A stretch of 64,000 nt of DNA from Natronomonas marina (GCF_024298905.1 NZ_CP101154.1:3124932-3188931), one strand, 5' to 3'; numbered from the stretch's first letter, positions 29,471 to 40,080 are shown. Notes: generated by a model from the sequence alone, not told the origin. Made by a program: numbers and translations.

Positions 29471-29764
29471 AAACTTTCATGAAAAATAGCGGCTCGCTCC
29501 AGCCGCGCGGCCGTCGGGCCGCGCGTTAGTCGCTCGCCGCTACCGCGCGACCGAAGGAAGCGCGGTGAACCGCTCGCGCCCTGCGGGCGCTGGCGGATGC
29601 TGCCTCCTGCTTGCCGAACACCACGCAACGGCGTTTCGTCCCTGTACCATTCGACCACGTTCGTCCGCGAGTTTTTCCGTTCGGTGGCGTCGAAACCACA
29701 CGACTGCGCCGTGTTGACCGACCGTACCAAACCGCCTTTTGTGTGGTAGCCCCACTCGACGCAC

Positions 29765-30007
29765 ATGAGCGCGACCGCAACGACGCCGACGACCGACCTC
29801 AGCGACAAGCAGCGCCGCATCCTCGCGTACCTCCGCGAGAAGGGCCGGATGAAGACCTACTTCAAGTCGCGGCTCATCGGCGACGAACTCGGCATGTCGG
29901 CCAAGGAGGTCGGCACCAATATGACCGCCATCTGCGAGGGCGACTTCGACGTCGACGTCGAGAAGTGGGGCTACTCCTCGGGGACGACCTGGAAGGTCAC
30001 GGTCTGA
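29765..30007 (+). CDS. Small conserved protein, hypothetical (wHTH-like)
   Basis: 80 aa, MSATATTPTTDLSDKQRRILAYLREKGRMKTYFKSRLIGDELGMSAKEVGTNMTAICEG…. Confidence 0.55.
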   Translation: MSATATTPTTDLSDKQRRILAYLREKGRMKTYFKSRLIGDELGMSAKEVGTNMTAICEGDFDVDVEKWGYSSGTTWKVTV

Positions 30008-30043
30008 TTTTGGGCCGTCGGCGGTGGCCGCCCGGTCCGGCGG

Positions 30044-30580
30044 TCAGTCGGCTTGCCACTCCGATTCCAGCAGGCCGTACGTTATCTGGTCGACGTACTC
30101 CCCGTCGACGTAGTAGTGCTCGCGGTGGCGACCCTCCTGAACGAACCCGAGTTTCTCCAGCGTCGCCCGCGAGGCGTCGTTGTCGGCGCGGGCGGCCGCG
30201 CCGATGCGGTGGAGTCGCCGCTCGTCGAAGCCGTACTCGACGAACCGACCGACGGCGTCGGTGCCGTACCCCTGCCCCTGTTCCTCCGGGACGAACCACG
30301 CCCCGATAAACGCGTGCCCGGAGTCGGGTTCGAACATGAACATCGACAGCAGACCGATGGGCTCGCCGTCGACGCAGGCCAGCAGGCCGAGGCCGTCGCT
30401 GTCGTCGTTCATGTACCCCTCGATGTCCTCGCTCGCCTCGGCGACCGCGTGCGGCCGCGAGCGGGGGAGCCACGGCCGGACTTCGGGGTCGTTCCGGCCG
30501 CGGGCGACGAACTCGGCGTCCTCCTCGGCAACGGCGTGCAGATCAACCTCCTCGCCGTGCAGGAAGGGAGGTCCGGGCAT
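30044..30580 (-). CDS. GNAT-family N-acetyltransferase (RimJ/RimL-like)
   Basis: 178 aa, …IGAWFVPEEQGQGYGTDAVGRFVEYGFDERRLHRIGAAARADNDASRATLEKLGF…, GNAT motifs A and B. Confidence 0.85.
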   Translation of the reverse strand: MPGPPFLHGEEVDLHAVAEEDAEFVARGRNDPEVRPWLPRSRPHAVAEASEDIEGYMNDDSDGLGLLACVDGEPIGLLSMFMFEPDSGHAFIGAWFVPEEQGQGYGTDAVGRFVEYGFDERRLHRIGAAARADNDASRATLEKLGFVQEGRHREHYYVDGEYVDQITYGLLESEWQAD

Positions 30581-30708
30581 ACTCGGCCCGTCGGTGGTCG
30601 TCGGGAAGTGTCTTCCGCCGGCGTGTGAATCCGTCTCGTACGGACTGCCGTACCCGTTTCCGGGGGGCGGTTACCGGTCGCGCCGGAAACGACTCACGGC
30701 ACTCCGTC

Positions 30709-31314
30709 TCAGGGGTCGTACGCAACGAGTTCGTCCGCCTCGCCGGCGAGGGCGACCGCCTCGGCCCCGAAGGAGTCGGCATACCGGACGACGAGCGTCA
30801 AGAGCGTCTCCGGTCGCTCGACGACGTAGCCGTCGGCCCGCGACAGCAGGCCCGCGGCGTCGAGTTGGGTGGCGTACTTCGAGACCGTCGAGCGGGAGAC
30901 GTCGGCGGCCGCCGCGAGGTCGGCGCCCGTCGCCGAGGGGTCCCGCAGCAGCGCGACGAGCATCCGCCGCGGCGTCTCCCGGCGGAGGTAGCCCAGCGCG
31001 CGCTGCTCGAAGTCCGAGAACCGTCCCGCCGGGAAGTACCGCTTGTAGTCGCCGTCCTTGCGGCCGACGACGGCGCCGTCGTTTTCGAGGCGCCGGAGGT
31101 GGTGCTGGGTCTCGCCGGTGCCGAGCTGGAGGTCGTCGCGGAGCTTCGAGAAGTGCGCGCCCGGCGTCGCCGCGAGGTAGCCGACGATGGCCTCCCGGAC
31201 GTCGCTTCCGTCGTCGGCCGCCGAAATCCCGACGAGCGGGGTCGTCGCTCCGAGTGCCGCGAAGCGCTTCAGGGTCGCCCGCTTGCTCTCGTCGACCCCC
31301 TCGTCTCTCATCAC
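30709..31314 (-). CDS. Winged helix-turn-helix transcriptional regulator
   Basis: 201 aa with two wHTH-like segments (…EAIVGYLAATPGAHFSKLRDDLQLGTGETQHHLRRLENDGAVV… and …TGADLAAAADVSRSTVSKYATQLDAAGLL…). Confidence 0.7.
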   Translation of the reverse strand: MMRDEGVDESKRATLKRFAALGATTPLVGISAADDGSDVREAIVGYLAATPGAHFSKLRDDLQLGTGETQHHLRRLENDGAVVGRKDGDYKRYFPAGRFSDFEQRALGYLRRETPRRMLVALLRDPSATGADLAAAADVSRSTVSKYATQLDAAGLLSRADGYVVERPETLLTLVVRYADSFGAEAVALAGEADELVAYDP

Positions 31315-31367
31315 CGGTGATTGGAAACACCGGGGTATAACCTCTTCGCCACGTTGTCCGTGAGCTG

Positions 31368-32633
31368 TCAGTTCTTCTCGGTCTCGGTTTCGGCGTCGGT
31401 GGAATCACTATCGTCGCCGCTCTCTCCCCCGTCGTCGCCGGAGTCCGGCGTGGTGCTCCCGGTGCCGACCTCGCTGCCCTCCGTCGTCGTGCTCCCGGTG
31501 CCGACCTCGCTGCCGGACCCGCTGCCGGACATCTCCTCGTCCATCTCGGCGATGACCTCGTCGGGGTCGCGGATGTCGGCGGGGTCGGCGCCTTCCTTGA
31601 TGGCCTGGGCCTCCTGCTCCATCTGCTCGACGTCCATCTCCGTCTCCTCCTCGATCTGGCCGAGGATCTCCTCGATGTCGTCCAGTCCGAGCATCTCGCG
31701 GGTCTCGGCGTCGAACTCCAGACTCTCGAGCAGTTCGCCGTCGGTGGCGACGTCGCTGCCGGTGAGGTGCTGTCCGTACCGGCTGAGCAGCGAGGTGAGT
31801 TCCTGCGGGAGGACGAAGGTGGTCGACTCGCCCTTGCCGATTTCCTCCAGCGTCTCCATGCCGCGTTCGATGACGGCCCGTTCGCCCATCGACTCGGCGG
31901 ACTTGGCGCGCAGCACCGTCGAGATGGCGTCACCCTGCGCCTCGAGGATCTGGCTCTGCTTTTCACCCTGTGCGCGGATGATGTTGGACTGCTTGTCACC
32001 CTCGGCGGTCTCGATGGCGCTGCGGCGTTCACCCTGCGCCTCGAGAATCATCGCCCGCCGCTTGCGCTCGGCGGAGGTCTGCTGTTCCATCGCCTGCTGG
32101 ACGTCCTTGCTGGGGTTGACCTCGCGGACCTCGACGGACTCGACGCGGATGCCCCACTCGTCGGTCGGTTCGTCCAGTTCTCGGCGGATGTGGGCGTTGA
32201 TCTCCTGGCGCTTGTTCAGCGTGTCGTCGAGTTCCATGTCGCCCAGCACCGCCCGCAGGGTGGTCTGTGCGAGGTTCGAGACGGCCTTCTTGTAGTTCTC
32301 GACCTCGAGGAAGGCCTTCCGGGCGTCCATGACCTTGATGTAGACGACGGCGTCGGCCGTCACCGGCGAGTTGTCGCGGGTGATGGCCTCCTGGCGCGGC
32401 ACGTCGAGCGTCTGGGTCCGCATGTCGAAGGGGTAGGTTTTCGAGACGAATGGCGGGACGAAGTTGATACCCGGTTCGAGGAGTTTGCGGTACTCCCCGA
32501 ACACCGTCAGCGCCCGTTTCTCGTAGGCGTTGACGATCTCGACCGCCTGGTACACGGCCACAACGGCGATGGCGAGCAACAGCAACGCGACGATGGGCAG
32601 AATCGTCCCACCCAGCTGGAGGGGCGTGAACAT
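31368..32633 (-). CDS. SPFH/Band 7 (stomatin/prohibitin-like) protein
   Basis: 421 aa with an N-terminal TM helix, an SPFH core (…FVPPFVSK…DVPRQEAITRDNSPVTADAVVYIKV…) and an acidic C-terminal tail with SEVGTGSTT tandem repeats. Confidence 0.88.
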   Translation of the reverse strand: MFTPLQLGGTILPIVALLLLAIAVVAVYQAVEIVNAYEKRALTVFGEYRKLLEPGINFVPPFVSKTYPFDMRTQTLDVPRQEAITRDNSPVTADAVVYIKVMDARKAFLEVENYKKAVSNLAQTTLRAVLGDMELDDTLNKRQEINAHIRRELDEPTDEWGIRVESVEVREVNPSKDVQQAMEQQTSAERKRRAMILEAQGERRSAIETAEGDKQSNIIRAQGEKQSQILEAQGDAISTVLRAKSAESMGERAVIERGMETLEEIGKGESTTFVLPQELTSLLSRYGQHLTGSDVATDGELLESLEFDAETREMLGLDDIEEILGQIEEETEMDVEQMEQEAQAIKEGADPADIRDPDEVIAEMDEEMSGSGSGSEVGTGSTTTEGSEVGTGSTTPDSGDDGGESGDDSDSTDAETETEKN

Positions 32634-32762
32634 ACTCCGTCTTCGGTCGAACCCTCCATAAGGGTTCGGCTGCGAGCGGTATCGGCTGCGTACACCCCAC
32701 GGCAGATGTTCGAGAGGGGTTCGTCCCGGACTCCGGGACCCCCGGCGGCGGGGACGCTCCCT

Positions 32763-33368
32763 TCAGGCCGGTTCGCCGTCGCCCTCTCGTTCCCGTTCCG
32801 GTTCCGGCTCGTCGGCCTCCCCCCGCTCGCGGTCGGCCGCCAGCCGGCGGTCGATGTCGTCCTCGAAGACCGACGTCGACTCGACGGTGACGACGTTGCC
32901 ACCGCCGGGATCGACCACCATCACCTCCTCTCCTTCCGGAATCTCGCCGTCGAGGGCCCGCGCCTGGTAGTAGGGGTTGAAGCCGCCGCCGTCGAGTTTC
33001 ACCTCGCCGCTGCTTTCGGTGACTCGCTCGGTGACGCGGCCGGTCTTGCCCCGCAGGGACTTCGAGTCGGAGGTCTGGCCGCTGCCCTTCCCGCCGTAGA
33101 AATCGAACTGCCGGTAGGCGTACAGCGCCCCGCCGCCGGCAGCGATGACCACCGCCGCCAGGACGAGCGGCAGCGCGACCGCCGGGAGGACCGGCCCCAC
33201 GAACAGGCCGACCAGCCCCGCCGCCAGCAGCGCGATGCCGATGACGATGAAGTGGGCGCCGGGGGCGAACGCCTCCATTATCATCAGCCCCGCTCCGATC
33301 AGGACGAGCAGGAACGGCACCGAGAGCCCGAACAGTTCGGGGCCGGTCTGTGCGAGGACATCGATCAT
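32763..33368 (-). CDS. NfeD-family membrane protein (stomatin operon partner)
   Basis: 201 aa with N-terminal TM helices and a C-terminal OB-fold (…GKTGRVTERVTESSGEVKLDGG…EVMVVD…). It sits immediately upstream of the stomatin gene on the same strand. Confidence 0.8.
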   Translation of the reverse strand: MIDVLAQTGPELFGLSVPFLLVLIGAGLMIMEAFAPGAHFIVIGIALLAAGLVGLFVGPVLPAVALPLVLAAVVIAAGGGALYAYRQFDFYGGKGSGQTSDSKSLRGKTGRVTERVTESSGEVKLDGGGFNPYYQARALDGEIPEGEEVMVVDPGGGNVVTVESTSVFEDDIDRRLAADRERGEADEPEPEREREGDGEPA

Positions 33369-33435
33369 GCTGCTGGGTAGGGGCTCACGCCCGTTAATGG
33401 TTCGCCCAGACCGGTGTCACCGGCTGTAGGACGAT

Positions 33436-33681
33436 TCAAGCGACGAACAACCGCGAGAGGACGAACAGCGCGAACCCGACGCCGAGCAGCACGAAGACGG
33501 CCCCCTCGAGGGTTGGCTCGCCGGGCTCTATTTTCGTGTTCTCTCGGGGGGCGTCCCCCCCGGCGGCGTCCCCGGTGGTCGAGTCGACGACCTCGTCGCC
33601 CTCGCCGTCCTCCTCGAAGTCCGACAGCGGGAAGCGCCACTCCTCCTCGGTGGCGCCCTCGCCAGCGTCGTGGTCGGCCAT
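33436..33681 (-). CDS. Small acidic membrane-anchored protein, hypothetical
   Basis: 81 aa. The N-terminus is acidic and the C-terminus has a TM helix (AVFVLLGVGFALFVLSRLFVA). Confidence 0.5.
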   Translation of the reverse strand: MADHDAGEGATEEEWRFPLSDFEEDGEGDEVVDSTTGDAAGGDAPRENTKIEPGEPTLEGAVFVLLGVGFALFVLSRLFVA

Positions 33682-33751
33682 ACCGGCCGTACGGGGCGGG
33701 TCCGCAAAGGCGTGTTGGGTTCGGGGGCGCGGTGACGCCGCCGCCGGCCGA

Positions 33752-35887
33752 CTACTGAACCTTCGTGCCGGGGTCGGCGTCGCCGACCGTCGTCAGGAGG
33801 TCGGCCTCCTCGCCGGCCGCGAGCAACATTCCGTCGGACTCGACGCCGAACAGTTCGCTCTTCTCGAGGTTGGCCACGACGACGATGCGGGTGCCCGGAA
33901 GCTCCTCGAGGTCGTGTAGCTGCTTGATGCCGGCGACTATCTGGCGGGTCTCGACGCCGACGTCGACGACCAGCCGCGCCAGGTCGTCGGCGCCCTCGAT
34001 GGGCTCGGCCTCCAGCACCTCCGCGACCCGGAGGTCGAGTTGCTTGAACTGCTCGAACGACACGCGCTCGTCGGCGATGGGTGCTACGTCCACGTCCTCC
34101 CCGTCGTCGGCCTCGTCCTCGTCGCTTTCGGATTCCTCGTCCCCGCCGGCCGCCTCGATGCGGGTCTGGAGCTGCTCGTTTAGCTCGGCAACCGTCTCGT
34201 CTTCGAGCTTGTCGAACAGCTCCTCGGGCTCGTCGAACTCGGCGGGCGGCGCCGCCAGAGCCTCTTCGAGGGACGCGTCGTGGACGCTGCCGGCCTCCCC
34301 GATCTGGTCCCACAGCTCTTCGGCCTTGCCGGGCAGCACCGGCTCCATCAGCACTGCGAGCGCCTTCGAAATCTGGACGCAGTCGCGGATGACCTGCGCG
34401 GCCGCCTCGGGGTCGTCGTCGGTGAGCTTCCAGGGTTCGTGCCGCTGGATGTACTCGTTGCCGAACCGCGCCAGTTCGACGGGTACCTGGCCCAGTCCGC
34501 GGACGCGGTAGTCGTTGATTGCCGCCCGGAAGTCGTCCATCGCCGCCTCGATTTCCTCGCGGACCTCGTCGCTGACCGCGGCGTCGGGCGTGCCGCCGTA
34601 GTTGCGCTCGGCGAACAGCAGCGACCGGTAACAGAAGTTGCCCAGCGTTCCGACGAGTTCGCTGTTGACCCGCTCGGCCAGCCCGTCCCACGAGAAGTCC
34701 ACGTCGGCGACGAACTCGCTGCCGGTGACGATGTGGTAACGGTACAGGTCCGGGTGCAGGCCGGACGCGACGTAGTCGTCGGCCCACACCGCGCGGTTCC
34801 GCGACGTCGAGAAGGCGTCGCCGTCGAGGTTGACGAACCCGCAGGCCATCACCGCCCGCGGCTCGTTGTAGCCTGCACCCCGCAGCATCGCCGGCCAGAA
34901 GACGGTGTGGTGCTGGATGATGTCGTGGCCGATGATGTGGATTATCTCGCCACCGTCCGGCTCCTCGTCCGTCCCGCGGTTCTTCCAGACGGCCTCCCAG
35001 TCGAACTGGTCGGCGCCGACCCGCTCGGAGTACTGCTTCGTCGAGGAGACGTACTCGATGGGCGCGTCGACCCACACGTACAGCACGAGGTCCTCCTCGC
35101 TCTCGGCGGCTTCGCCGCCTTCCCGAGGCGTCTCCGACGCCTCGCCGCCGGGGTAGTCGATACCCCAGTCCATGTCCCGGGTGATACAGAGGTCCTGCAG
35201 TTCGCCCTCGATCCACTCCCGTGGCTGGTTCTTGGCGTTCTCGGTGCCCTCCAGCCGGTCGATGAAGCCCGCGAGGTACTCCTGAAAGTCGGCGAGGCGG
35301 AGGAACTTGTGTGGCCGGGTGCGGTACTCGGCGGGGTTGCCGGTGATGGTCGAGACGGGGTCCTCTATCTCGCCGGGTTCGAGGTGGCGCTGGCAGCCCT
35401 CGTCGCACTCGTCGCCGCGGGCGTACTCGCCGCAATAGGGGCAGGTACCCTCGACGAAGCGGTCCGGTAGCGGCTGGTCGGCCTCGGCGTCCCAGGCGAC
35501 CTCGATCTCCTTCTCGACGACGTGGTCGCCGTCGATCCACGACCGGACGAACTCCCGTGTCAACTCGGTGTTCGTCTCGTCGTGGGTGTGACCGTAGTTG
35601 TCGAACTCGACGTTGAACTTCGGGAACGTCTCCTCGTACTGTTCGTGGTACTCGAAGGCGTACGTCTCGGGGTCGACGCCCTCCTCGGCGGCGTTGACGG
35701 CGATGGGCGTGCCGTGCATGTCCGACCCGCAAACGAAGGCGACGTCCTGGCCGACCCGTTCTAAGGCCCGCGAGAGGGCGTCGCCGCTGACGTAGGTCCG
35801 CAGGTGGCCGACGTGCAGGTCGCCGTTGGCGTACGGCAGCCCGCAGGTGACCACCGCGGGCTCGTCGGTGGGGAACTCCTCGTGCAT
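33752..35887 (-). CDS. metG: Methionyl-tRNA synthetase
   Basis: …PYANGDLHVGH… (HIGH motif), a CxxC…CxxC zinc knuckle (CPYCGEYARGDECDEGC) and a C-terminal EMAP-like tRNA-binding domain. Start at MHEEFPTDEP (ATG at 35887). Confidence 0.95.
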   Translation of the reverse strand: MHEEFPTDEPAVVTCGLPYANGDLHVGHLRTYVSGDALSRALERVGQDVAFVCGSDMHGTPIAVNAAEEGVDPETYAFEYHEQYEETFPKFNVEFDNYGHTHDETNTELTREFVRSWIDGDHVVEKEIEVAWDAEADQPLPDRFVEGTCPYCGEYARGDECDEGCQRHLEPGEIEDPVSTITGNPAEYRTRPHKFLRLADFQEYLAGFIDRLEGTENAKNQPREWIEGELQDLCITRDMDWGIDYPGGEASETPREGGEAAESEEDLVLYVWVDAPIEYVSSTKQYSERVGADQFDWEAVWKNRGTDEEPDGGEIIHIIGHDIIQHHTVFWPAMLRGAGYNEPRAVMACGFVNLDGDAFSTSRNRAVWADDYVASGLHPDLYRYHIVTGSEFVADVDFSWDGLAERVNSELVGTLGNFCYRSLLFAERNYGGTPDAAVSDEVREEIEAAMDDFRAAINDYRVRGLGQVPVELARFGNEYIQRHEPWKLTDDDPEAAAQVIRDCVQISKALAVLMEPVLPGKAEELWDQIGEAGSVHDASLEEALAAPPAEFDEPEELFDKLEDETVAELNEQLQTRIEAAGGDEESESDEDEADDGEDVDVAPIADERVSFEQFKQLDLRVAEVLEAEPIEGADDLARLVVDVGVETRQIVAGIKQLHDLEELPGTRIVVVANLEKSELFGVESDGMLLAAGEEADLLTTVGDADPGTKVQ

Positions 35888-36127
35888 ACTATTCGTGGCT
35901 CCTTCGAGGGGCAAAACCCCGCTGGTTTCCTCGCGTCATCGATGGTTGGTGTCGGCGTCGTGGGTGCTCGTCGGCGGTACGGTCGACAGAATCGCGGTTT
36001 CGGCGTCCGGTGCGACCGTATGACGGGGCTGACGGACGCTCCACGCGCGGCTCACGAGGTGCGCATACCGCGGCGACGGCGCAGGCGAGCCATCTACCCG
36101 ACGCGAGGCCACGCGCCGAAAAAAGCC

Positions 36128-37045
36128 TTACTCCACGGCGGCCAGCGACGCCACGCCCGAGGCGACGCCCCCGGCACCGCGCCACGCCCCGTCGACCCGC
36201 CGCAGCAGTTGCCCGGCGGTCGTGCCCGCGTACATCTCCCCGCCGGCGGCCGCCCACGAGAGGACGAACTCGCCGGGGGCGCCGGGGTACTCGACCGGTT
36301 CCAGCGTCTCGCCGCCGTCGATGGACTCGTACAGCGCGGCGTCGGTGCCGCGGGGGCCGTCCCAGGTCGGCGGCGGCCCGACCGTCGCCGCCGCGTACAG
36401 CCTGTCGTCGTGGACGGCGGCCTCCCGGAAGTACCGCCCCTCGACATCGCCGTCCAGCCGCGTCCACGTCCGGCCGGCGTCGTCGGTCCGGTAGAGGCCG
36501 TCGCCCGTCGAGACGACCCAGTAGCCGTCCGCGACGAGGACGTGGTGGACGTCGTCGTGGAGCCCCTCGCGGCGCTCGGTCCAGGTCTCGCCGCCGTCCT
36601 CGCTGACGTGGACGCCGCCGACCTCGATGCCGGCGATCAGGCGGTCGCCGTCGGCCCGTAGCGCCCTGACGTGGGCCTCGTCGCGGTGCCGCGGCGTGTG
36701 CCACGACCCCCGGGAGGGCAGGTCCTGGAGGCCCTCGAGTTCGGCCCAGGTCACGCCACCGTCCGTCGAGACGTACAGGTGGGCGGGGTGGGTGCCGGCG
36801 TACAGCCGCTCCTCGGGGGGGTGTTCGAGGACGGAGTACACCCCCGTCCGTGGCGTCGCCAGGCGCGTCCAGGCGTCGCCGCCGTCCAGCGAGCGGTAGA
36901 GGCCGCTCCGCGTCGCCGCGTAGGCCCGCGACCCGAACGTCCGGACCCGCATGACGCGGTCGGAATCGAGGACGCGAACCGCCTCCTCGAAGGCCGTCGG
37001 TGGGCCGCGGTAGACCCCGTTCCGGGTCCCTGCGAGAAGTTCCAT
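36128..37045 (-). CDS. BNR/Asp-box repeat beta-propeller protein (sialidase-like / Ycf48-like fold)
   Basis: 305 aa with multiple S-x-D-x-G-x-T-W repeats (SLDGGDAWT, STDGGVTWA, SEDGGETWT, TDDAGRTWT). Confidence 0.8.
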   Translation of the reverse strand: MELLAGTRNGVYRGPPTAFEEAVRVLDSDRVMRVRTFGSRAYAATRSGLYRSLDGGDAWTRLATPRTGVYSVLEHPPEERLYAGTHPAHLYVSTDGGVTWAELEGLQDLPSRGSWHTPRHRDEAHVRALRADGDRLIAGIEVGGVHVSEDGGETWTERREGLHDDVHHVLVADGYWVVSTGDGLYRTDDAGRTWTRLDGDVEGRYFREAAVHDDRLYAAATVGPPPTWDGPRGTDAALYESIDGGETLEPVEYPGAPGEFVLSWAAAGGEMYAGTTAGQLLRRVDGAWRGAGGVASGVASLAAVE

Positions 37046-37259
37046 GCGTGGGGGTCCCCGCGGGGCGTGTTAAGCGTCGTGGTCCATCAGGCTCCCGATG
37101 TCCACGCGAACCGACCGATGAAGACACTACCAGATCGGAACGATGTTCGTACTGGTATGCAAGAGACAGAGCGCGAGTCCTGTCCGAGCGATCGACCTGC
37201 CCGGAAGCGTGGCGACCAGTCCGTCCGGACGAGGACGCATCGGGTCGGAAGATACGGGC

Positions 37260-37805
37260 CTATCCGGCGGACCGAGCGCTGGAGGACGCCGCCGTCGGGC
37301 CGGTCCCGTTGAGTTCCTGTCTGTGCACGTTGGACTGCCCGACGTACCGGTCGGGGAGTACCGGCACCCAGTCACAGTACTTCGGGATACCCAGGTAGCC
37401 GTGCCAATCGATGCTCAGGAGGTCGCCCGGCGCCGGGTCGAACGGGATGCGGGCGGTCCGGAGGGTCGCCGTATCGCCCACGCGAATCGGGTAGGACCCG
37501 CCCTCCAGGGTGGTCCACTCGGCGCTGAAGGTTTGCCCGACCGGCTCCTGCGAGATGGTCACCGTCACGTTCTTGAAATCGAACTCCTCGCTGATTCCCA
37601 GCCTGGTCTCCCCCTCGTGTGTGAGCCGAATCCGCTCGTCGGTCTCGGCCACGTCGAACTCGTTTTCCACGGCCGGAACGTTCGCCGCAGTCCCCTTGCA
37701 CTCCTCGCGCTGCTCGTGGAAGACCAGGGCCGTCGGGATGCCGGCAGTAACGAGCAGGACAACCACCGCCGCGATTTTGAATCGTTTCGAATCAGGGAGA
37801 TGCAC
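37260..37805 (-). CDS. Signal-anchored exported protein, hypothetical
   Basis: 181 aa, MHLPDSKRFKIAAVVVLLVTAGIPTALV… The upstream region is lower in GC. Confidence 0.45.
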   Translation of the reverse strand: MHLPDSKRFKIAAVVVLLVTAGIPTALVFHEQREECKGTAANVPAVENEFDVAETDERIRLTHEGETRLGISEEFDFKNVTVTISQEPVGQTFSAEWTTLEGGSYPIRVGDTATLRTARIPFDPAPGDLLSIDWHGYLGIPKYCDWVPVLPDRYVGQSNVHRQELNGTGPTAASSSARSAG

Positions 37806-37976
37806 GAGTGGTATTCGTCCATTTTATGTTATCACGGTAAAATTTTTTTATAACTACTGACACGTGGTGTTCGGATACGGACGGAGAGCGTTGCGGTTCG
37901 GTTCCCGAGATTGGAGACAGTGCAGAGCGAAAACCAACCCCTTGGGAGATGAGAGAGAGTCAACCGAACACTACCG

Positions 37977-39029
37977 TCAGGCTAGCCGGTCGATGTCGGC
38001 GACGAACTCCTGCAGCATCGGTCGGGTGACGTGGGGCATACAGACGACGCGGGCCTCGTCGTTCTCGGTCCGGGAGAGCCGCCAGCCCCGCTCCCGGAGG
38101 TCCGCGATGAGGCCGTGCGGCAGATCGATGGTGACGATGGGCAACACCGGCGAGACGACGCCGAAGCCCCGCGAGCGGACCTCCGCGGCCAGCCAGTCGG
38201 CGTTGGTCTGCGAGCGGCGGTACTGCGCCTCGTAGCCCTCCGGCCACAGCTCCTCCATGGCGGCGACCGCGGAGGCGACGCCGGCGCCGCTTCGGGTCCC
38301 CGTCAGCGTCACCTGCGAGGTCGACTCCAGGTACGGCGTGTCGATGGCGAGTTCGTCCAGCAGTTCCGGGCCGCGAGCCAGCAGTCCGCCGGCCGGCACC
38401 GCGGCCTGCCCCATCTTGTGGGGGTCGATGGTCATCGTGTCGATGTCGGCGTCCGAGAAGTCCCAGGCGTGCTCGGTGAACGGCAGGACGAACCCGCCCC
38501 AGGCGGCGTCGACGTGACACAGCGCGTCCACCTCGTCGGCCATCTCGGCCATCGCGGGAATCGGGTCGACGCGGCCGTACTCGGTGGAGCCGGCGACGCC
38601 GACCACCAGCACGGTGTCGTCGTCGATCAGTTCGGCGACGCCGTCGAGGTTGGCACGGTAGTCCTCCAGCGGCGCCGTCCGCAACTCGACGCCGAGGATG
38701 TCGGCGGCCTTGCGGAACGAGAAGTGCGCCGAGGCGGGCGCGACGAAGTTCGGGTCCCGCGTCGTCGCCCGGTTGCGCGCGATGCGGACCGCCTGGATGT
38801 TCGCCTCGGTCCCGCCCGAGGAGACGTAGCCGGCCGCGTTCTCGAGGCCGGCCACCCGTCCGAGCAGGTCGACCGCCTCGCGTTCGAGTTTGGCGACCGT
38901 CTCGTAGGTCCCCGGATCGCCGGGGTTCGTCGCCAGGAACCGCTCGGCCGCCTCGCGGGCCGCCGGATGTGGCTCGGTGCACATCGACGACAGTACACGG
39001 CTGAAGTCCTGCGGTTCGGCCCGCTGCAT
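37977..39029 (-). CDS. mfnA: L-tyrosine/L-aspartate decarboxylase MfnA (PLP-dependent, group II decarboxylase)
   Basis: 350 aa, …[20 protein letters not shown]…[17 protein letters not shown]…, a PLP-lysine motif (DPHK), with archaeal MfnA-like length. Confidence 0.85.
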   Translation of the reverse strand: MQRAEPQDFSRVLSSMCTEPHPAAREAAERFLATNPGDPGTYETVAKLEREAVDLLGRVAGLENAAGYVSSGGTEANIQAVRIARNRATTRDPNFVAPASAHFSFRKAADILGVELRTAPLEDYRANLDGVAELIDDDTVLVVGVAGSTEYGRVDPIPAMAEMADEVDALCHVDAAWGGFVLPFTEHAWDFSDADIDTMTIDPHKMGQAAVPAGGLLARGPELLDELAIDTPYLESTSQVTLTGTRSGAGVASAVAAMEELWPEGYEAQYRRSQTNADWLAAEVRSRGFGVVSPVLPIVTIDLPHGLIADLRERGWRLSRTENDEARVVCMPHVTRPMLQEFVADIDRLA

Positions 39030-39255
39030 ACCTCGGTCATACGCGGCCGTGCCTTTATCGATTGTGTTATTCGCCCCCGTCAGAGACGACGTTCGTCGAC
39101 GTTCTTCGACGCCGTGGTGGTCCGTTCGTCCGCGTCCCTCCGGCGTGGCCGTGTTCGTCGCTGTTCCGCTGCGGCGCGAGAACGGCGCCCGTCGGCGCCT
39201 CCCGACGCCGTCGGGGACGACGTTCGCCGACGTTCGTCGAGTGACGGCGGGCGTT

Positions 39256-40014
39256 TCAGGCCGAGTCGGCCCACTCGGGCCGCTCGACGCCGGGGTCCTC
39301 GAAGCTCGTCATCTGGAACGTGAACTCGTAGTTACCGGTCTGGCCCTCGACGTCGTAGACCGCCGCGGCGGCGTAACTGTGGACGCGACCCTCGGTGTCG
39401 ACGACGAGTTCGGCCTCGAACCCGCTGACGTTCCCTATCCGGTCCTGCCCGGCGAACACGCTGTTGTTCTCCGGCAGGCCGTCGACCTCCAGGGTCACGA
39501 CGTCCGGGCCGTTCTCGCGCTCCTCGACGTCGACGACCTCGAACGCCGAGGTGAGGCGCGTCTCCAGCAGCGTCCGCCCGGCGAGCGTGGCGGCGTCTTC
39601 CGGGTCGGTGGACTGGTACTGCGGCTCGCCGCCGCCGGCCTCGGCGCGCCGTACCTCTATCGTCTCGTTGCCCCAGGCGATAAAGCGCGTGGCGACGCCG
39701 CCGCTCGTGACCGTCTGGTAGCGGTACTCGGTCGCGCCGGCGGTCACGCGGGTCCGCTGTCGCTGGGACACCTCGATGGCCTCGCCCTGCCGGACGGTGG
39801 TGGCGTTCGTCCGTATCTCCTGGGCGAAGCCCGTCTCGGTGACCGCCTCGACGTGGGCGTCCAGCAGCGCCGTCTCGTTTTCGAGTTGGCCGTCCTCGAT
39901 GCCCGGCACCTCCTCGGCGGCCGGGGTGCCGCCGCCGCCCGACCCCGGAAGCGCCGAACAGCCGGCCGAGACCGCGAGCACGCACAACAGCACTGCCGCA
40001 AGGCCCTGTCGCAT
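39256..40014 (-). CDS. Lipoprotein, hypothetical
   Basis: 252 aa. Signal peptide plus lipobox (LAVSAGCSA), followed by a Gly/Pro-rich linker. Confidence 0.6.
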   Translation of the reverse strand: MRQGLAAVLLCVLAVSAGCSALPGSGGGGTPAAEEVPGIEDGQLENETALLDAHVEAVTETGFAQEIRTNATTVRQGEAIEVSQRQRTRVTAGATEYRYQTVTSGGVATRFIAWGNETIEVRRAEAGGGEPQYQSTDPEDAATLAGRTLLETRLTSAFEVVDVEERENGPDVVTLEVDGLPENNSVFAGQDRIGNVSGFEAELVVDTEGRVHSYAAAAVYDVEGQTGNYEFTFQMTSFEDPGVERPEWADSA

Positions 40015-40080
40015 GGGTCCACCTCGGACCGGCCGAATAAAAGGGGCGCGATACGGGCCGACCCGAAACGGGGGGCCGCG

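Noticed and set aside
29430-29760. Tested the hairpin region as SRP (7S) RNA helix 8
   Set aside because: The GAAGGAAGC loop resembles but does not match the GGAA-tetraloop/AGCAGC asymmetric loop consensus, and the pairing geometry is wrong. Evidence is insufficient.
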